A stretch of 64,000 nucleotides of DNA, taken from positions 38,189 to 102,188 of the forward strand of contig JBBRYL010000001.1 of the NCBI GenBank assembly GCA_038237685.1. The letters run 5' to 3'. Position numbers and translations under genes: made by a program. The stretch's first letter is position 1, and each line of letters starts with the position of its first letter. This document shows positions 45,086-53,763 of this stretch, in pieces. Source of the DNA: Solirubrobacterales bacterium (GTDB lineage: Bacteria > Actinomycetota > Thermoleophilia > Solirubrobacterales > Thermoleophilaceae). A model generated the notes under the pieces. It was given only the letters and a program-made list of their open reading frames with translations, had not been told where the DNA came from and made no database searches.

Positions 45086-46840
45086 ATGAGCGCGATTGCG
45101 GGTCTTCCCGCCTCACGATCCTGGCGAGCCCCCGCGGCATTGTCGTGGCGCTTCCTCGCGGGCAGCACGCTCGCTGCCCTGGGCGCCGGCGAGCTTGTGG
45201 CGATGCTGTTCCCGGCCACTGACCTTTCCCCGTTCGTACCATTGACCCCGGGCGTCGGCCCGTTCGCCCTGGCGAACGTGCTCGTCGTCTGCCTCGGCCT
45301 CTGTTCCCTGATCCTGAGCCACGGACTGTGGCGCGGACGGCGTCGGGCGCTGCACGCCGCAGTGCTGGTGTCGATCGTGATCGCCCTCGCCTCCGCGGCG
45401 GCGGGCTCCACCATCTGGACGGCGTTCGCGTCCCTGGCGACCGCCGCGCTGCTGGCCAATCGGGGCGCCTTCCAGCGCGGCAGCTACCGCCCGCCTGACC
45501 GCGCGACGATCGGCCTGGCGGCGCTGGCGGGCATCGCCGGCGCGGGGGTCTACGCACTGCTCGCGCTCCCGCCGCTGCTTGCCGACCGGGTGTCGGGGCT
45601 CGGAAGCGCCCTCGACCTGGCCGCCGCCCGGATCGCCGCAGGAACCTGGTGGCTGGCCTCCGCCGCCCCGCTGTCGCTCGCCCTCGACGCGCTCGTGGCG
45701 GTGGCGGTCGTCTCGGCCGCGGTCTATCTCTTCAAGCTCCTGCGCCCTGCGCCCGCGGCGGACGGCCACACAGAGGCCGAGCACATCAGGGCTCGCGCGA
45801 TTCTCGCCGACCACTGCACCGACTCGCTCGACCCGTTCGCGCTGCGCGAGGACAAGGCCTTTCACTTCCACGACGGTGCCTTCCTGGCATACCGCACGTT
45901 GCGGGGCACGGCCGTCGTGTCGGGAGACCCCGTTGGCCCGCCCGGCAGCGGCCCCGGGGTGATGGCAAGCTTCCTGCACTTTGCCGTCGAGCGCGACTGG
46001 GAGGTCGTCGTGACGGGCGCCTCCGGCGAGTGCCTGAACGACTACCGCGCGCTGGGCCTGAGGTCGCTGCACATCGGCGACGAAGCGGTCGTCGACCCGC
46101 GCGGATTCTCGCTCGAGGGGCGCGCGATACGCAAGATTCGCCAGTCGGTGAACCGGATCGACCGGCGCGGGTGGTCGATCGAGTGCGTGGAGGCGGACCG
46201 CCTGGACCCGGAACTGATCGAGGGCCTCGGGCGCATCGATCGGGAATGGCGCGCGGCCCAGCCGCGGCTGCAGGGCTTTGCGATGACGCTCGGCCGTCTC
46301 TGGGGCGCCTCGGAGGACGCCGACGCGCTGTATGTCGTGGCGCGCTCTCCAGAGGGGGCCGTCGAGTCGTTCATGCGCTTCTCGACCTTCCGCGGTGGCC
46401 TGTCGCTCGATGTGACGCGCCGGCTCGGCGACGAGCCCAACGGACTCAGCGAGGCGATGGTCGTGGCCACGCTGGGGTGGGCGCGTGACCGCAACCTGTC
46501 GGCCGTCAGCCTGAACTTCGCCGGCTTCGCCCACCTGATGGCGGCGGATGCGGTGCTCACCCGCGGCCAGCGGCTGATGCGCCGTGCCCTGCGAGCGACG
46601 CACGGCCGCTTCCAGCTCGAGCGCCTGATGAGCTTCTGCGCGAAGTTCGGGCCCAGCTGGAAACCGCGCTATCTCCTCTACGGCGGGCGCACTCGACTAC
46701 CGCGCGCAGGCTTGCGCGTCCTGCAGGCCGAGGCGTATGTCCGCCCGCCACGGAACCGGACTGCTCAGCCACACTGGCAGCCGGGGCCTGATCCCGTTTG
46801 CCCCGTGGTCGCCGGCCTGGCCCCTGGAGTCGGCCTGTGA
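45086..46840 (+). CDS. MprF-like aminoacyl-lipid synthase homologue (TM region + DUF2156/LPG-synthase C domain)
   Basis: About 6 N-terminal TM helices. C-domain blocks LREDKAFHFHDGAFLAYR...VSGDPVGP and FCAKFGPSWKPRYLLY. Confidence 0.8.
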   Translation: MSAIAGLPASRSWRAPAALSWRFLAGSTLAALGAGELVAMLFPATDLSPFVPLTPGVGPFALANVLVVCLGLCSLILSHGLWRGRRRALHAAVLVSIVIALASAAAGSTIWTAFASLATAALLANRGAFQRGSYRPPDRATIGLAALAGIAGAGVYALLALPPLLADRVSGLGSALDLAAARIAAGTWWLASAAPLSLALDALVAVAVVSAAVYLFKLLRPAPAADGHTEAEHIRARAILADHCTDSLDPFALREDKAFHFHDGAFLAYRTLRGTAVVSGDPVGPPGSGPGVMASFLHFAVERDWEVVVTGASGECLNDYRALGLRSLHIGDEAVVDPRGFSLEGRAIRKIRQSVNRIDRRGWSIECVEADRLDPELIEGLGRIDREWRAAQPRLQGFAMTLGRLWGASEDADALYVVARSPEGAVESFMRFSTFRGGLSLDVTRRLGDEPNGLSEAMVVATLGWARDRNLSAVSLNFAGFAHLMAADAVLTRGQRLMRRALRATHGRFQLERLMSFCAKFGPSWKPRYLLYGGRTRLPRAGLRVLQAEAYVRPPRNRTAQPHWQPGPDPVCPVVAGLAPGVGL

Positions 46841-47745
46841 GCGCGCTGGTTCTCGGGCTCGCCCTCGCCGTCGGAGCCGCGGTGGCGCTCAACGGCAGCT
46901 ATCTGCTCCAGCACGTAGGTGCGGCGGGGGCGCCCGCGATCAGCGCATTGCGGCCGATTGCGACCATACGCGGGCTGCTCGGCTCGCGGCTGTGGGCGAT
47001 TGGCGCAGCGGCGGGGATGCTTGGCTGGGGGATGCATGTGCTGGCCCTGTCAAAGGCTCCGCTCTCGCTGGTGCAGGCCTTCGTGGCCGGTGGCCTGGCG
47101 CTCACGGTGCCTCTCTCGGCGCGCATCCTTCACCGCAGATCGACTTCAGGCGAGAACCGCGCGGTGGCGGCGATGGCGCTGGGCCTCGCCGTACTCGCCA
47201 TCGGCACCGGCGGCGACGCCGCGACCGCCTTCGCGCCCGGGGCCCTCGTGGGCTATCTGGGCGGTGCGGCCGCGCTGGCAGCGATAGTCGCGCTGCTCCC
47301 GCTGGGATCGGGTCGCGCGAACGCACTCGCCCTCGCGGGCGGCACCCTCTACGGTGCGGCGGACGCGGCGATCAAGGCTCTCACGGGCGTGGCGACGCAC
47401 GGGGGGGTCATGGCCGTGCTCACCTCCCCCTGGCTCGCGATCGCAGTCCTGACCACGTGCGGTGCCTTCTTCTGCTTCCAGCGTGGGCTCCAGAGCGGAG
47501 CAGCGATCTCGGTCATCGCGCTCATGACAGCGGCGACAAACGTGGTGTCGATCGGCGCGGGCTTCGTGGTCTTTCACGACTCCTTGGGCGCCACTCCGCT
47601 GCTCGCGGCGCTGCACGCGGCCGCCTTCGGCCTGACCCTCCTGGGTGCGTGGCGGCTCGCCCCCGCGCAGGCGACGCTGCTCGCCGAGCCCGCCGACGGT
47701 CTCCCGTCGGCCAGGGGTATCGTGCCCGTTCCCAGCCACCGCTGA
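46837..47745 (+). CDS. Polytopic membrane protein (DMT-like, about 10 TM)
   Basis: GTGA overlap with the upstream MprF-like gene. Hydrophobic throughout. Confidence 0.65.
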   Translation: MSALVLGLALAVGAAVALNGSYLLQHVGAAGAPAISALRPIATIRGLLGSRLWAIGAAAGMLGWGMHVLALSKAPLSLVQAFVAGGLALTVPLSARILHRRSTSGENRAVAAMALGLAVLAIGTGGDAATAFAPGALVGYLGGAAALAAIVALLPLGSGRANALALAGGTLYGAADAAIKALTGVATHGGVMAVLTSPWLAIAVLTTCGAFFCFQRGLQSGAAISVIALMTAATNVVSIGAGFVVFHDSLGATPLLAALHAAAFGLTLLGAWRLAPAQATLLAEPADGLPSARGIVPVPSHR

Positions 47746-47850
47746 AACAGCGCGTGGGTGCCTCTCACTTCCAGCTCACCGTCTCACAGTCCGATCATCG
47801 GCCGTTCCTATGGTCCGTGGCGAATAGATCCGACGAAAAGGAGACCCAGG

Positions 47851-48252
47851 ATGTTCGACATGACCAAGATCAAGAGGTCCGGAATCGTTCTCGGTGCGGC
47901 AGCCGTGACCGCCCTCGGCGTGGGTGGCGTAGCGGTCGCTCAGAATGCCGGGCAGGCACAGAAGCCGGCCCAGGTGAAGAAGGCCGCGGAGCCCAAGGGC
48001 CCCGACCGGGACAACATCCAGAGCGGCGACCAGACCACGCCCGACGTGAAGGGGTCTGCGAGCGAGGCTCCGGGAACCGAGACCAAGGACGGCCCTGGCA
48101 AGGCCGAGGCTCCGGGAACCGAGACCAAGGACGGCCCTGGCAAGGCCGAGGCTCCCGGCAGCGAGACCAAGGCCGACAGCGATGGCCCCGGTGGCCACGC
48201 CGACGAGCCCGGCAACTCCAACGCCGACCACCAGTTCCAGGGCAATGAGTAG
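47851..48252 (+). CDS. Secreted low-complexity protein with tandem EAPGTETKDGPGKA repeats
   Basis: RBS AAGGAGA 8 nt upstream of the ATG. Signal peptide. A 42-bp in-frame tandem repeat. Confidence 0.65.
   Translation: MFDMTKIKRSGIVLGAAAVTALGVGGVAVAQNAGQAQKPAQVKKAAEPKGPDRDNIQSGDQTTPDVKGSASEAPGTETKDGPGKAEAPGTETKDGPGKAEAPGSETKADSDGPGGHADEPGNSNADHQFQGNE
48064..48175 (+). repeat. 42-bp in-frame tandem repeat, about 2.6 copies
   Basis: GAGGCTCCGGGAACCGAGACCAAGGACGGCCCTGGCAAGGCC occurs twice identically, followed by a diverged partial copy. Confidence 0.85.
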
Positions 48253-48309
48253 CGTCTAGATAAATCCGTCGGACACGACGCATAGCCGCGAAAGCGGCAG
48301 GCGAGCACA

Positions 48310-48335
48310 GATGGCCCCGCTCCGGCGGGGCCATC
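48310..48335 (+). terminator. Stem-loop, candidate intrinsic terminator after the secreted repeat-protein gene
   Basis: Perfect 11-bp stem GATGGCCCCGC-TCCG-GCGGGGCCATC about 58 nt after the stop. No U-tract, as is common in high-GC genomes. Confidence 0.55.
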
Positions 48336-48829
48336 TCGCGTCGCAGGGCTCTGTCGCGTGTGCACTCAGTCTTCAGCTCTGAATGTGACAATGCAGAACC
48401 TCACAAGACCCGCGACTGGCTTGGTTGTGCTGCTGGCACTGACGCTTGGCGCCACGGCTTGCGGCGGATCCTCACCACCCCCTGACGGCCAGGGAGCCCT
48501 CACGCCGATTCGAGCGGTACCTTCCCCCGCCCCGGGCGGGTAGCCGTGCTGGTGCTCGAGGAACAGGAGCTATCGCCAGGTGATCGGCAGCCCCAGGGCG
48601 CCCTGCTTGAACGGGCTCGCGCCATCAGCCTCAGCAGCGATCCTGCCGAGCTGCGGCGCCGCGGCCGCGCGATCGAATGACCGAGCTCGTGACCGGGAGC
48701 GGCGCCACGCGCAGCCATTTCTAACCGCAGGTAGGACGGCGCGAGTTCCGCTGCCGCCGCTGAGCCGCGCCGCGCTCGGCCGCCGAGTCCAGTCGGCCAG
48801 GGACCGCAACTTTGAGGCCACCGAGCTAT

Positions 48830-48990
48830 TACTACCGGCATAACACGTGTAAAGAGCCGAGTTCCCGGGCCGCCAGGCCGGGGGATCGGGGGACCCACGC
48901 GGCCCAAGGCCGCAGGGGCGAATCGCAGCCGGAGAGCTGCGTAGCGCACTTCCAGCGCGAGCCCGACAGCTAACCCCGAAGGCCATAAGG
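48830..48990 (+). promoter_or_regulatory. Cyclic-di-AMP riboswitch (ydaO/yuaA-type leader) upstream of the M23 peptidase
   Basis: Conserved blocks in order: CGGGGGACCCA (~48888-48898), hairpin GCGGCC-CAA-GGCCGC, GGGGCGAAUC (~48916-48925), hairpin GCAGC-N6-GCUGC, GUAGCG, CCCGACAGCUAACCCCGAAGG (~48963-48983). The SD and GTG follow. The 5' boundary is approximate. Confidence 0.75.
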
Positions 48991-49008
48991 AAGAGGAGAG
49001 CCCGTCCC

Positions 49009-50568
49009 GTGATCCCCGCCCAGCGAGACCTTGCCCTACCCGAGCCCTGGGAGAAGTCCCTCGAACGATCCCGCCGCAAGCGGATACTCATTCCCGAGGT
49101 GCGAAGGAGGCAGAACCGCCGTCGCCGCGCCTCCGCGGCGCTCAGCACGCTGATGGTGGCCGGGCCGGCGAGCCAGGTCTTCGCCGCGGCCACGGCCAGC
49201 GGGGCGGCCGCCGCACCCGGACCGAGCTCGTCCTCGACGCGGGCGATTGGCCAGGTCCCGACGGGCACGTTCTTCCGCCTCGGGAGCACGGGTGAGGCGG
49301 TCAGGGCGATCCAGGCCCGGCTCGGCGTGCCGGCCGATGGCATGTACGGCGTGGCCACCGAGCGCGCGCTGCGTGCCTTCCAGGCCCGCAGCGGCCTGGA
49401 AGTCGACGGCGTCGTCGGGCCCGTAACCTGGACGAGGCTGATGGGGCTGGGCAAGGCCGCCCTGCGTGCCGGCGCCGGCGAGGGCGAGGTCGCGGTGATC
49501 GTGCGTGAGCGCCCGACCGCCCCGGGTGACGTGGCGCGGGCGCCTGCATCGAAGCAGCCGGCGTCCACGAGCGTCGCCGGCCTGGGCCCATCCGACGAGC
49601 ACGCGCCCGATGCGGTCCAGCGCAAGGCCGACCAGACCCCGACGGCACCCGTCGCCCCCACGCCGCGGACGCGCCCCGTGGCAATTCCGGCGCCTGCTCC
49701 CGACGTCGGCTCCGGGGCGTGCGGCGAGCTGCGACTCTCCGCGCCGGTCAAGGGAGTCAGGACGTCGCCGTTCGGCCCGCGCGGCGGGCGCAACCACGAC
49801 GGCATCGACATCGCGGCCCCGACCGGCACGCCGATCCACGCCGCCGAGTGCGGCATTGTCAGCTTCAGCGGCGTACAGGGCGGCTACGGGAACATGGTCT
49901 GCGTCGACCACTCGAGCGCGCTGCAGACGTGCTACGCCCACATGTCCCGCACAGCCGCGAGCAACGGCCAGACCGTGCGCAAGGGCCAGGTGATCGGCTA
50001 CGTCGGCACCACGGGCCACTCGACCGGCCCCCACGTGCATTTCGAGACGAGGGTCAACGGCCGGGCTCGCGATCCCGAGCCCTACCTGCGCGGTGGGGCG
50101 GTCCCGGGCGAGCCGAAGGCGCGGCAAGCCGCGGTGAGGGGCGCGAGCAGGGCGGCCCTCGCTCCGGCGAGGACCCGGGCCGTCTCGTCGCGCGCCCCGT
50201 CTGTAATAACCGCGCGCGCCCCACGGGCCACCACAGCCCGGCCGGCTGCGGTTGCCCAGCCGGCTCCGGTGGCCGGCCCCGCCCGACCGGCTCAGTCGGC
50301 TCGGCCCGCTCCTGTGCCCCAGCCCGCTCCTGTGCCCCAGCCCGCTCCTGTGGCTCAGCCCGCTCCGGTAGCCGAACCGGCACCGGCAGCTCAGCCCGCT
50401 CCTGTGGCTCAGCCGGCTCCGGTAGCCGAACCGGCACCTGCAGCTCAGCCGGCTCCGTCATCGCCTCAGCTGACGGCCGCCGATCCGCAAGCGGCTCCGC
50501 CGGCACCGTCGGCGGGGACTGCCCCCGCCCTCGCGCCCGTCGAAGCGCCCCCTGTCGGAGCCAACTGA
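49009..50568 (+). CDS. M23 peptidase with a peptidoglycan-binding domain and a Pro/Ala-rich tail
   Basis: PG_binding_1-like (GEAVRAIQARLG...DGVVGPVTW). M23 motifs HDGIDI and GPHVHFE. SD GGAAGAGGAGAG upstream. Confidence 0.85.
   Translation: MIPAQRDLALPEPWEKSLERSRRKRILIPEVRRRQNRRRRASAALSTLMVAGPASQVFAAATASGAAAAPGPSSSSTRAIGQVPTGTFFRLGSTGEAVRAIQARLGVPADGMYGVATERALRAFQARSGLEVDGVVGPVTWTRLMGLGKAALRAGAGEGEVAVIVRERPTAPGDVARAPASKQPASTSVAGLGPSDEHAPDAVQRKADQTPTAPVAPTPRTRPVAIPAPAPDVGSGACGELRLSAPVKGVRTSPFGPRGGRNHDGIDIAAPTGTPIHAAECGIVSFSGVQGGYGNMVCVDHSSALQTCYAHMSRTAASNGQTVRKGQVIGYVGTTGHSTGPHVHFETRVNGRARDPEPYLRGGAVPGEPKARQAAVRGASRAALAPARTRAVSSRAPSVITARAPRATTARPAAVAQPAPVAGPARPAQSARPAPVPQPAPVPQPAPVAQPAPVAEPAPAAQPAPVAQPAPVAEPAPAAQPAPSSPQLTAADPQAAPPAPSAGTAPALAPVEAPPVGAN
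50305..50455 (+). repeat. In-frame Pro/Ala-rich tandem repeats (18-bp unit twice, then 54-bp unit twice)
   Basis: CCCGCTCCTGTGCCCCAG occurs twice, then a 54-bp unit occurs twice with 3 substitutions. These encode the QPAPVP/QPAPVAEPAPAA repeats of the M23 protein tail. Confidence 0.8.
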
Positions 50569-50636
50569 AGGCGGGCTGGGCGCCCGGCTAACGCGACGCT
50601 AACTCGACGCCAACCGGGCGAAGTGACTCCGCCGCC

Positions 50637-51914
50637 ATGGTGGGGGACATGAAGCAGCTCGCCTCGATCGATTCCCCGCCGATTGCACCCCGCCCTCCGG
50701 CACAGCCGGCGGTGCGGGATGCACCTGGCTCCGCGCTCGACCATCCAGACCTCTTGCCCGGCCTCTCGATTGTGATGGCCTGCCGCGACGACGCCGCGAC
50801 GGTCGCCGCGGCCATTCGCAACGCGGCCGACGCCGCGAGCCGCGTCAGCTATCGCCACGAGATCCTCGTAGTTGACGACGGCAGCACGGACCTGAGCGCC
50901 GAGCGAGCGGCGCCGTTCGTGACCGGTGACGGACACGTGCAGCTGCTGCTGCACCCCCACCCGCGTGGGTCCGGCGAAGCGCTGCGCGCGGGAATCGCGG
51001 TCGCCAGGAATCCGTGGGTGGTCCTGACCGACGCCGCTTTCGAGCTCGACCTCTGCCAGCTGGAGGACTTCCTTGCCCTCGCCCCGGATCACGACCTGCT
51101 GATCGGCTGGAGGGTGCTGCGGCGGGCACCGGTCCGCGCGCGCTTGCGCGCGGCCGTGTGGAGCGGGCTCGTGAGCCGGCGACTGGGCGTTCCGGTACGC
51201 GACGTGGACTGTCCGCTCAAGCTCGTCCGGCGTGATCTGCTCGAGCGGGTCACGCTCACGAGGCGTGGCTCGACCCTCGGCGCGGAGCTCCTGGCGCGAG
51301 CGTGCGCTCAGGGCGCGCGGGTCACCGAGGTCGCGGTTCGCCAGCGCCCAGACGTCCCCGCCGCGGCAGTCACGAGCATCGGCCCTCACCTCGGAGCACG
51401 CAACCTCGGCGCGCTGGCGGCCATGTCGCGGCCCCGGCAGCGCCGCTCGTCTGCATCACCGCGTCCGCGGCGCCGGCCTTGGCGCGCGCCGGGTGCGGCG
51501 GCCGTGGCGGTCGCGGCGGTCTTCGCGGGCCTGGGCTGGCTCTACCTGCTGTTCAAGGCCGGGCTCGTCGGGTGGGGACCTGATCTAGGCGGCGCGCTGC
51601 CGCTCCAGCAGCTCGCCGGTAGTGCCGACCAACCGGTCGTACGCCTCGCCGCTGCGTGGCTGCCCGCCGGGGCGATTGTCGGCGTTGTGCTCGCGCGGCT
51701 CACCTCGTGGCGCCACCCCGGTGTCGTCGCCGGCGTGATCGCGGCGCTGCTGCTCACGCTGACGGGCGCCGCGTCGGACGCGGTTGCCAACTCACAGGCC
51801 CTGGCTCCCCACCTTCTGGCCCAGTTGGGCCACCCCGGCCTGATCGCCTCCGTGCTTCTGATGGCCGCCGCTGTCGCGGTGGCGTCACACTTGACCAGAG
51901 CGCGCGGGCAATGA
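50637..51914 (+). CDS. GT2 glycosyltransferase fused to a C-terminal multi-TM domain
   Basis: LVVDDGSTD plus LTDAAFE (DxD-like). The C-terminal roughly 150 aa is hydrophobic. Confidence 0.8.
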   Translation: MVGDMKQLASIDSPPIAPRPPAQPAVRDAPGSALDHPDLLPGLSIVMACRDDAATVAAAIRNAADAASRVSYRHEILVVDDGSTDLSAERAAPFVTGDGHVQLLLHPHPRGSGEALRAGIAVARNPWVVLTDAAFELDLCQLEDFLALAPDHDLLIGWRVLRRAPVRARLRAAVWSGLVSRRLGVPVRDVDCPLKLVRRDLLERVTLTRRGSTLGAELLARACAQGARVTEVAVRQRPDVPAAAVTSIGPHLGARNLGALAAMSRPRQRRSSASPRPRRRPWRAPGAAAVAVAAVFAGLGWLYLLFKAGLVGWGPDLGGALPLQQLAGSADQPVVRLAAAWLPAGAIVGVVLARLTSWRHPGVVAGVIAALLLTLTGAASDAVANSQALAPHLLAQLGHPGLIASVLLMAAAVAVASHLTRARGQ

Positions 51915-52822
51915 AGCGCCTGCTCGCGGTTGGACTCGTCTGCTGGCTGGTGGCCGGGGCAGCGGGCGCCGGAGCCTACGTACACGACTACTCGCTCTAC
52001 CGGGGCTTTCCGCCGCCCCAGACTCCCGCGGGCGTGAAGCAGGGTCGACTCGTCACCAAGCACTTCTACTCCCACGCGCTGCACCAGCGGCGCAGCTACC
52101 TGGCCTACCTGCCGCCGGGATACGCGTCCGCCGCAGCCCACGGCAAGCGCTTTCCCGTGCTCTACCTGCTGCACGCCCCGCCGGGGCGCCCCATGGGCTA
52201 CGTGCTCGCCGGGGCGATCAACGCCCGCGCCGACGTGCTGATCTCCCACAAGCGCATCAAGCCGTTCATCATCGTGATGCCCGACGGCAGGAGCGGAACC
52301 TTCGGAAACGACACGGAGTGGGCAAACGCCCGCGCGGGACGCTACGAGAGCTTCGTGCTCGACACCGTGCGCGCGGTCGATGCGCGCTTCTCGACCCAGG
52401 CAACCCGCGGGCACCGAGCGATCGGGGGCCTGTCGGCTGGGGCCTACGGAGCGACCAACATCGCGCTGCACAACCCAAAGGCCTTTAGCGTTTTCGAAAG
52501 CTGGTCGGGTTACTTCACCCAGACGCCCACCTATGCCTTCAAGGGAACCTCGACCGCCGCGCTGCGAGCCAACAGCCCGAGCAGCTATGTGGCCTCGCTG
52601 GGCCCCACCCTGCACCGCCTTCCGATCCGCGCCTACCTCTACCAGGGTCGCCAGGACGGCAACCCCATTCCGCAGATGCAGTCGTTCGCCCGCCAGCTGC
52701 GGGGCGCCGGCGGCCGCGTGCGCTACAGCGTCTATCCGGGCAGCCACAGCTGGAAGCTGTGGCGCGCCCAGCTTCCGCACATGCTGGAGTTCGCCAGCCA
52801 CTCGTTCGGCAAGACGCGATGA
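51911..52822 (+). CDS. Membrane-anchored esterase (PF00756-like putative esterase family)
   Basis: ATGA overlap upstream. FPVLYLLH, nucleophile elbow GLSAG, and a conserved His region. Confidence 0.8.
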   Translation: MKRLLAVGLVCWLVAGAAGAGAYVHDYSLYRGFPPPQTPAGVKQGRLVTKHFYSHALHQRRSYLAYLPPGYASAAAHGKRFPVLYLLHAPPGRPMGYVLAGAINARADVLISHKRIKPFIIVMPDGRSGTFGNDTEWANARAGRYESFVLDTVRAVDARFSTQATRGHRAIGGLSAGAYGATNIALHNPKAFSVFESWSGYFTQTPTYAFKGTSTAALRANSPSSYVASLGPTLHRLPIRAYLYQGRQDGNPIPQMQSFARQLRGAGGRVRYSVYPGSHSWKLWRAQLPHMLEFASHSFGKTR

Positions 52823-53754
52823 CGGCGGGCCGCGCCGCGCGCCTGCGCCGTCTCACACTGGCGCTGGTGCTCGCCGGCTGGACGCTGGGAGGCGTAGCGG
52901 GCGCCGGCGCCTACGTGCATGACTACTCCACCTACCGCGGCTATCCACCTCCGCGGCATCCGCCGGGCGTGGCGCCCGGCCGCCTGCAGACCGTCCGCTT
53001 CCACTCGGCCGCGCTGGGCCGCGAGCGCTCCTATCTCGTCTCGCTGCCCCCGGGCTATGAGCGGGGCGCCGCGCACGGCCGCCGCTTTCCGGTCCTGTAC
53101 CTGCTCCACGGGACCTCGGGCTCCCCCCGGCTGCTCAACCGCGTGGGCGGAGTGCAGGTGGCGCTCGACGTATTGGCCGGAAAGCCCACAGGTGGGAAGT
53201 TCCTGGTGGTGATGGTCGACGGTCGCGACGGCACGCCTCGCAGCGACACCGAGTGGGCCAACACGCGCCACGGCCGCTACGAGAACCTGGTGCTCGACAC
53301 CGTGCGCGCCGTCGATGCGCGCTTCTCCACGGTCCAGACTCCCGAGGCGCGCGCAATCGGTGGCCTGTCCGAGGGGGGCTACGGCGCCCTGAACATCGCG
53401 CTGCACCATCTCGACACCTTCTCGACGGTCGAGAGCTGGTCGGGCTACTTCACCCAGACGGCGAGCGGTCCCTTCCGGGGTGCCTCGGGGGCCCAGCTGC
53501 GGGCCAACAGCCCCGCCTCGTACGCCGGCGGCCTGGGCCCGAGGTTGCGGCGGGCGCCGCTGCATGTCTTCCTCTACGGGGGCAATCGTGATCGCGACAC
53601 GACGCCCATGCCGGGCTTTGCCGCCGGTCTGCGCGCGGCCGGCGCGGACGTGACCTACCGCGTCTATCCCGGCGGTCACGACTGGAGGCTGTGGCGCGCC
53701 CAGGTGCCACAGATGCTGCGCTACGCCGGTGCCCAGATCGGTGCCCGCCCGTGA
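52819..53754 (+). CDS. Membrane-anchored esterase, tandem paralogue of the preceding gene
   Basis: ATGA overlap. Collinear with the previous protein (YVHDYS.YRG.PPP, FPVLYLLH, GLSEG, ESWSGYFTQT). Confidence 0.8.
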   Translation: MTAGRAARLRRLTLALVLAGWTLGGVAGAGAYVHDYSTYRGYPPPRHPPGVAPGRLQTVRFHSAALGRERSYLVSLPPGYERGAAHGRRFPVLYLLHGTSGSPRLLNRVGGVQVALDVLAGKPTGGKFLVVMVDGRDGTPRSDTEWANTRHGRYENLVLDTVRAVDARFSTVQTPEARAIGGLSEGGYGALNIALHHLDTFSTVESWSGYFTQTASGPFRGASGAQLRANSPASYAGGLGPRLRRAPLHVFLYGGNRDRDTTPMPGFAAGLRAAGADVTYRVYPGGHDWRLWRAQVPQMLRYAGAQIGARP

Positions 53755-53763
53755 TCGCGCACC

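Noticed and set aside
48064-50455. Tandem repeats at 48064-48175 and 50305-50455, considered as possible CRISPR arrays.
   Set aside because: The units are directly adjacent with no spacers. They are in frame within signal-peptide proteins and encode Pro/Ala/Gly/Lys-rich peptide repeats. No cas genes are present.
48780-51915. Apparent 1-2 nt disagreements between my hand-indexing of the printed sequence and the ORF-track coordinates (for example the M23 start at 49009 versus 49010, and the stop at 51914).
   Set aside because: These most likely come from my own counting in GC-rich runs rather than from real indels. ORF-track coordinates were used for CDSs. Non-coding coordinates are flagged as approximate.
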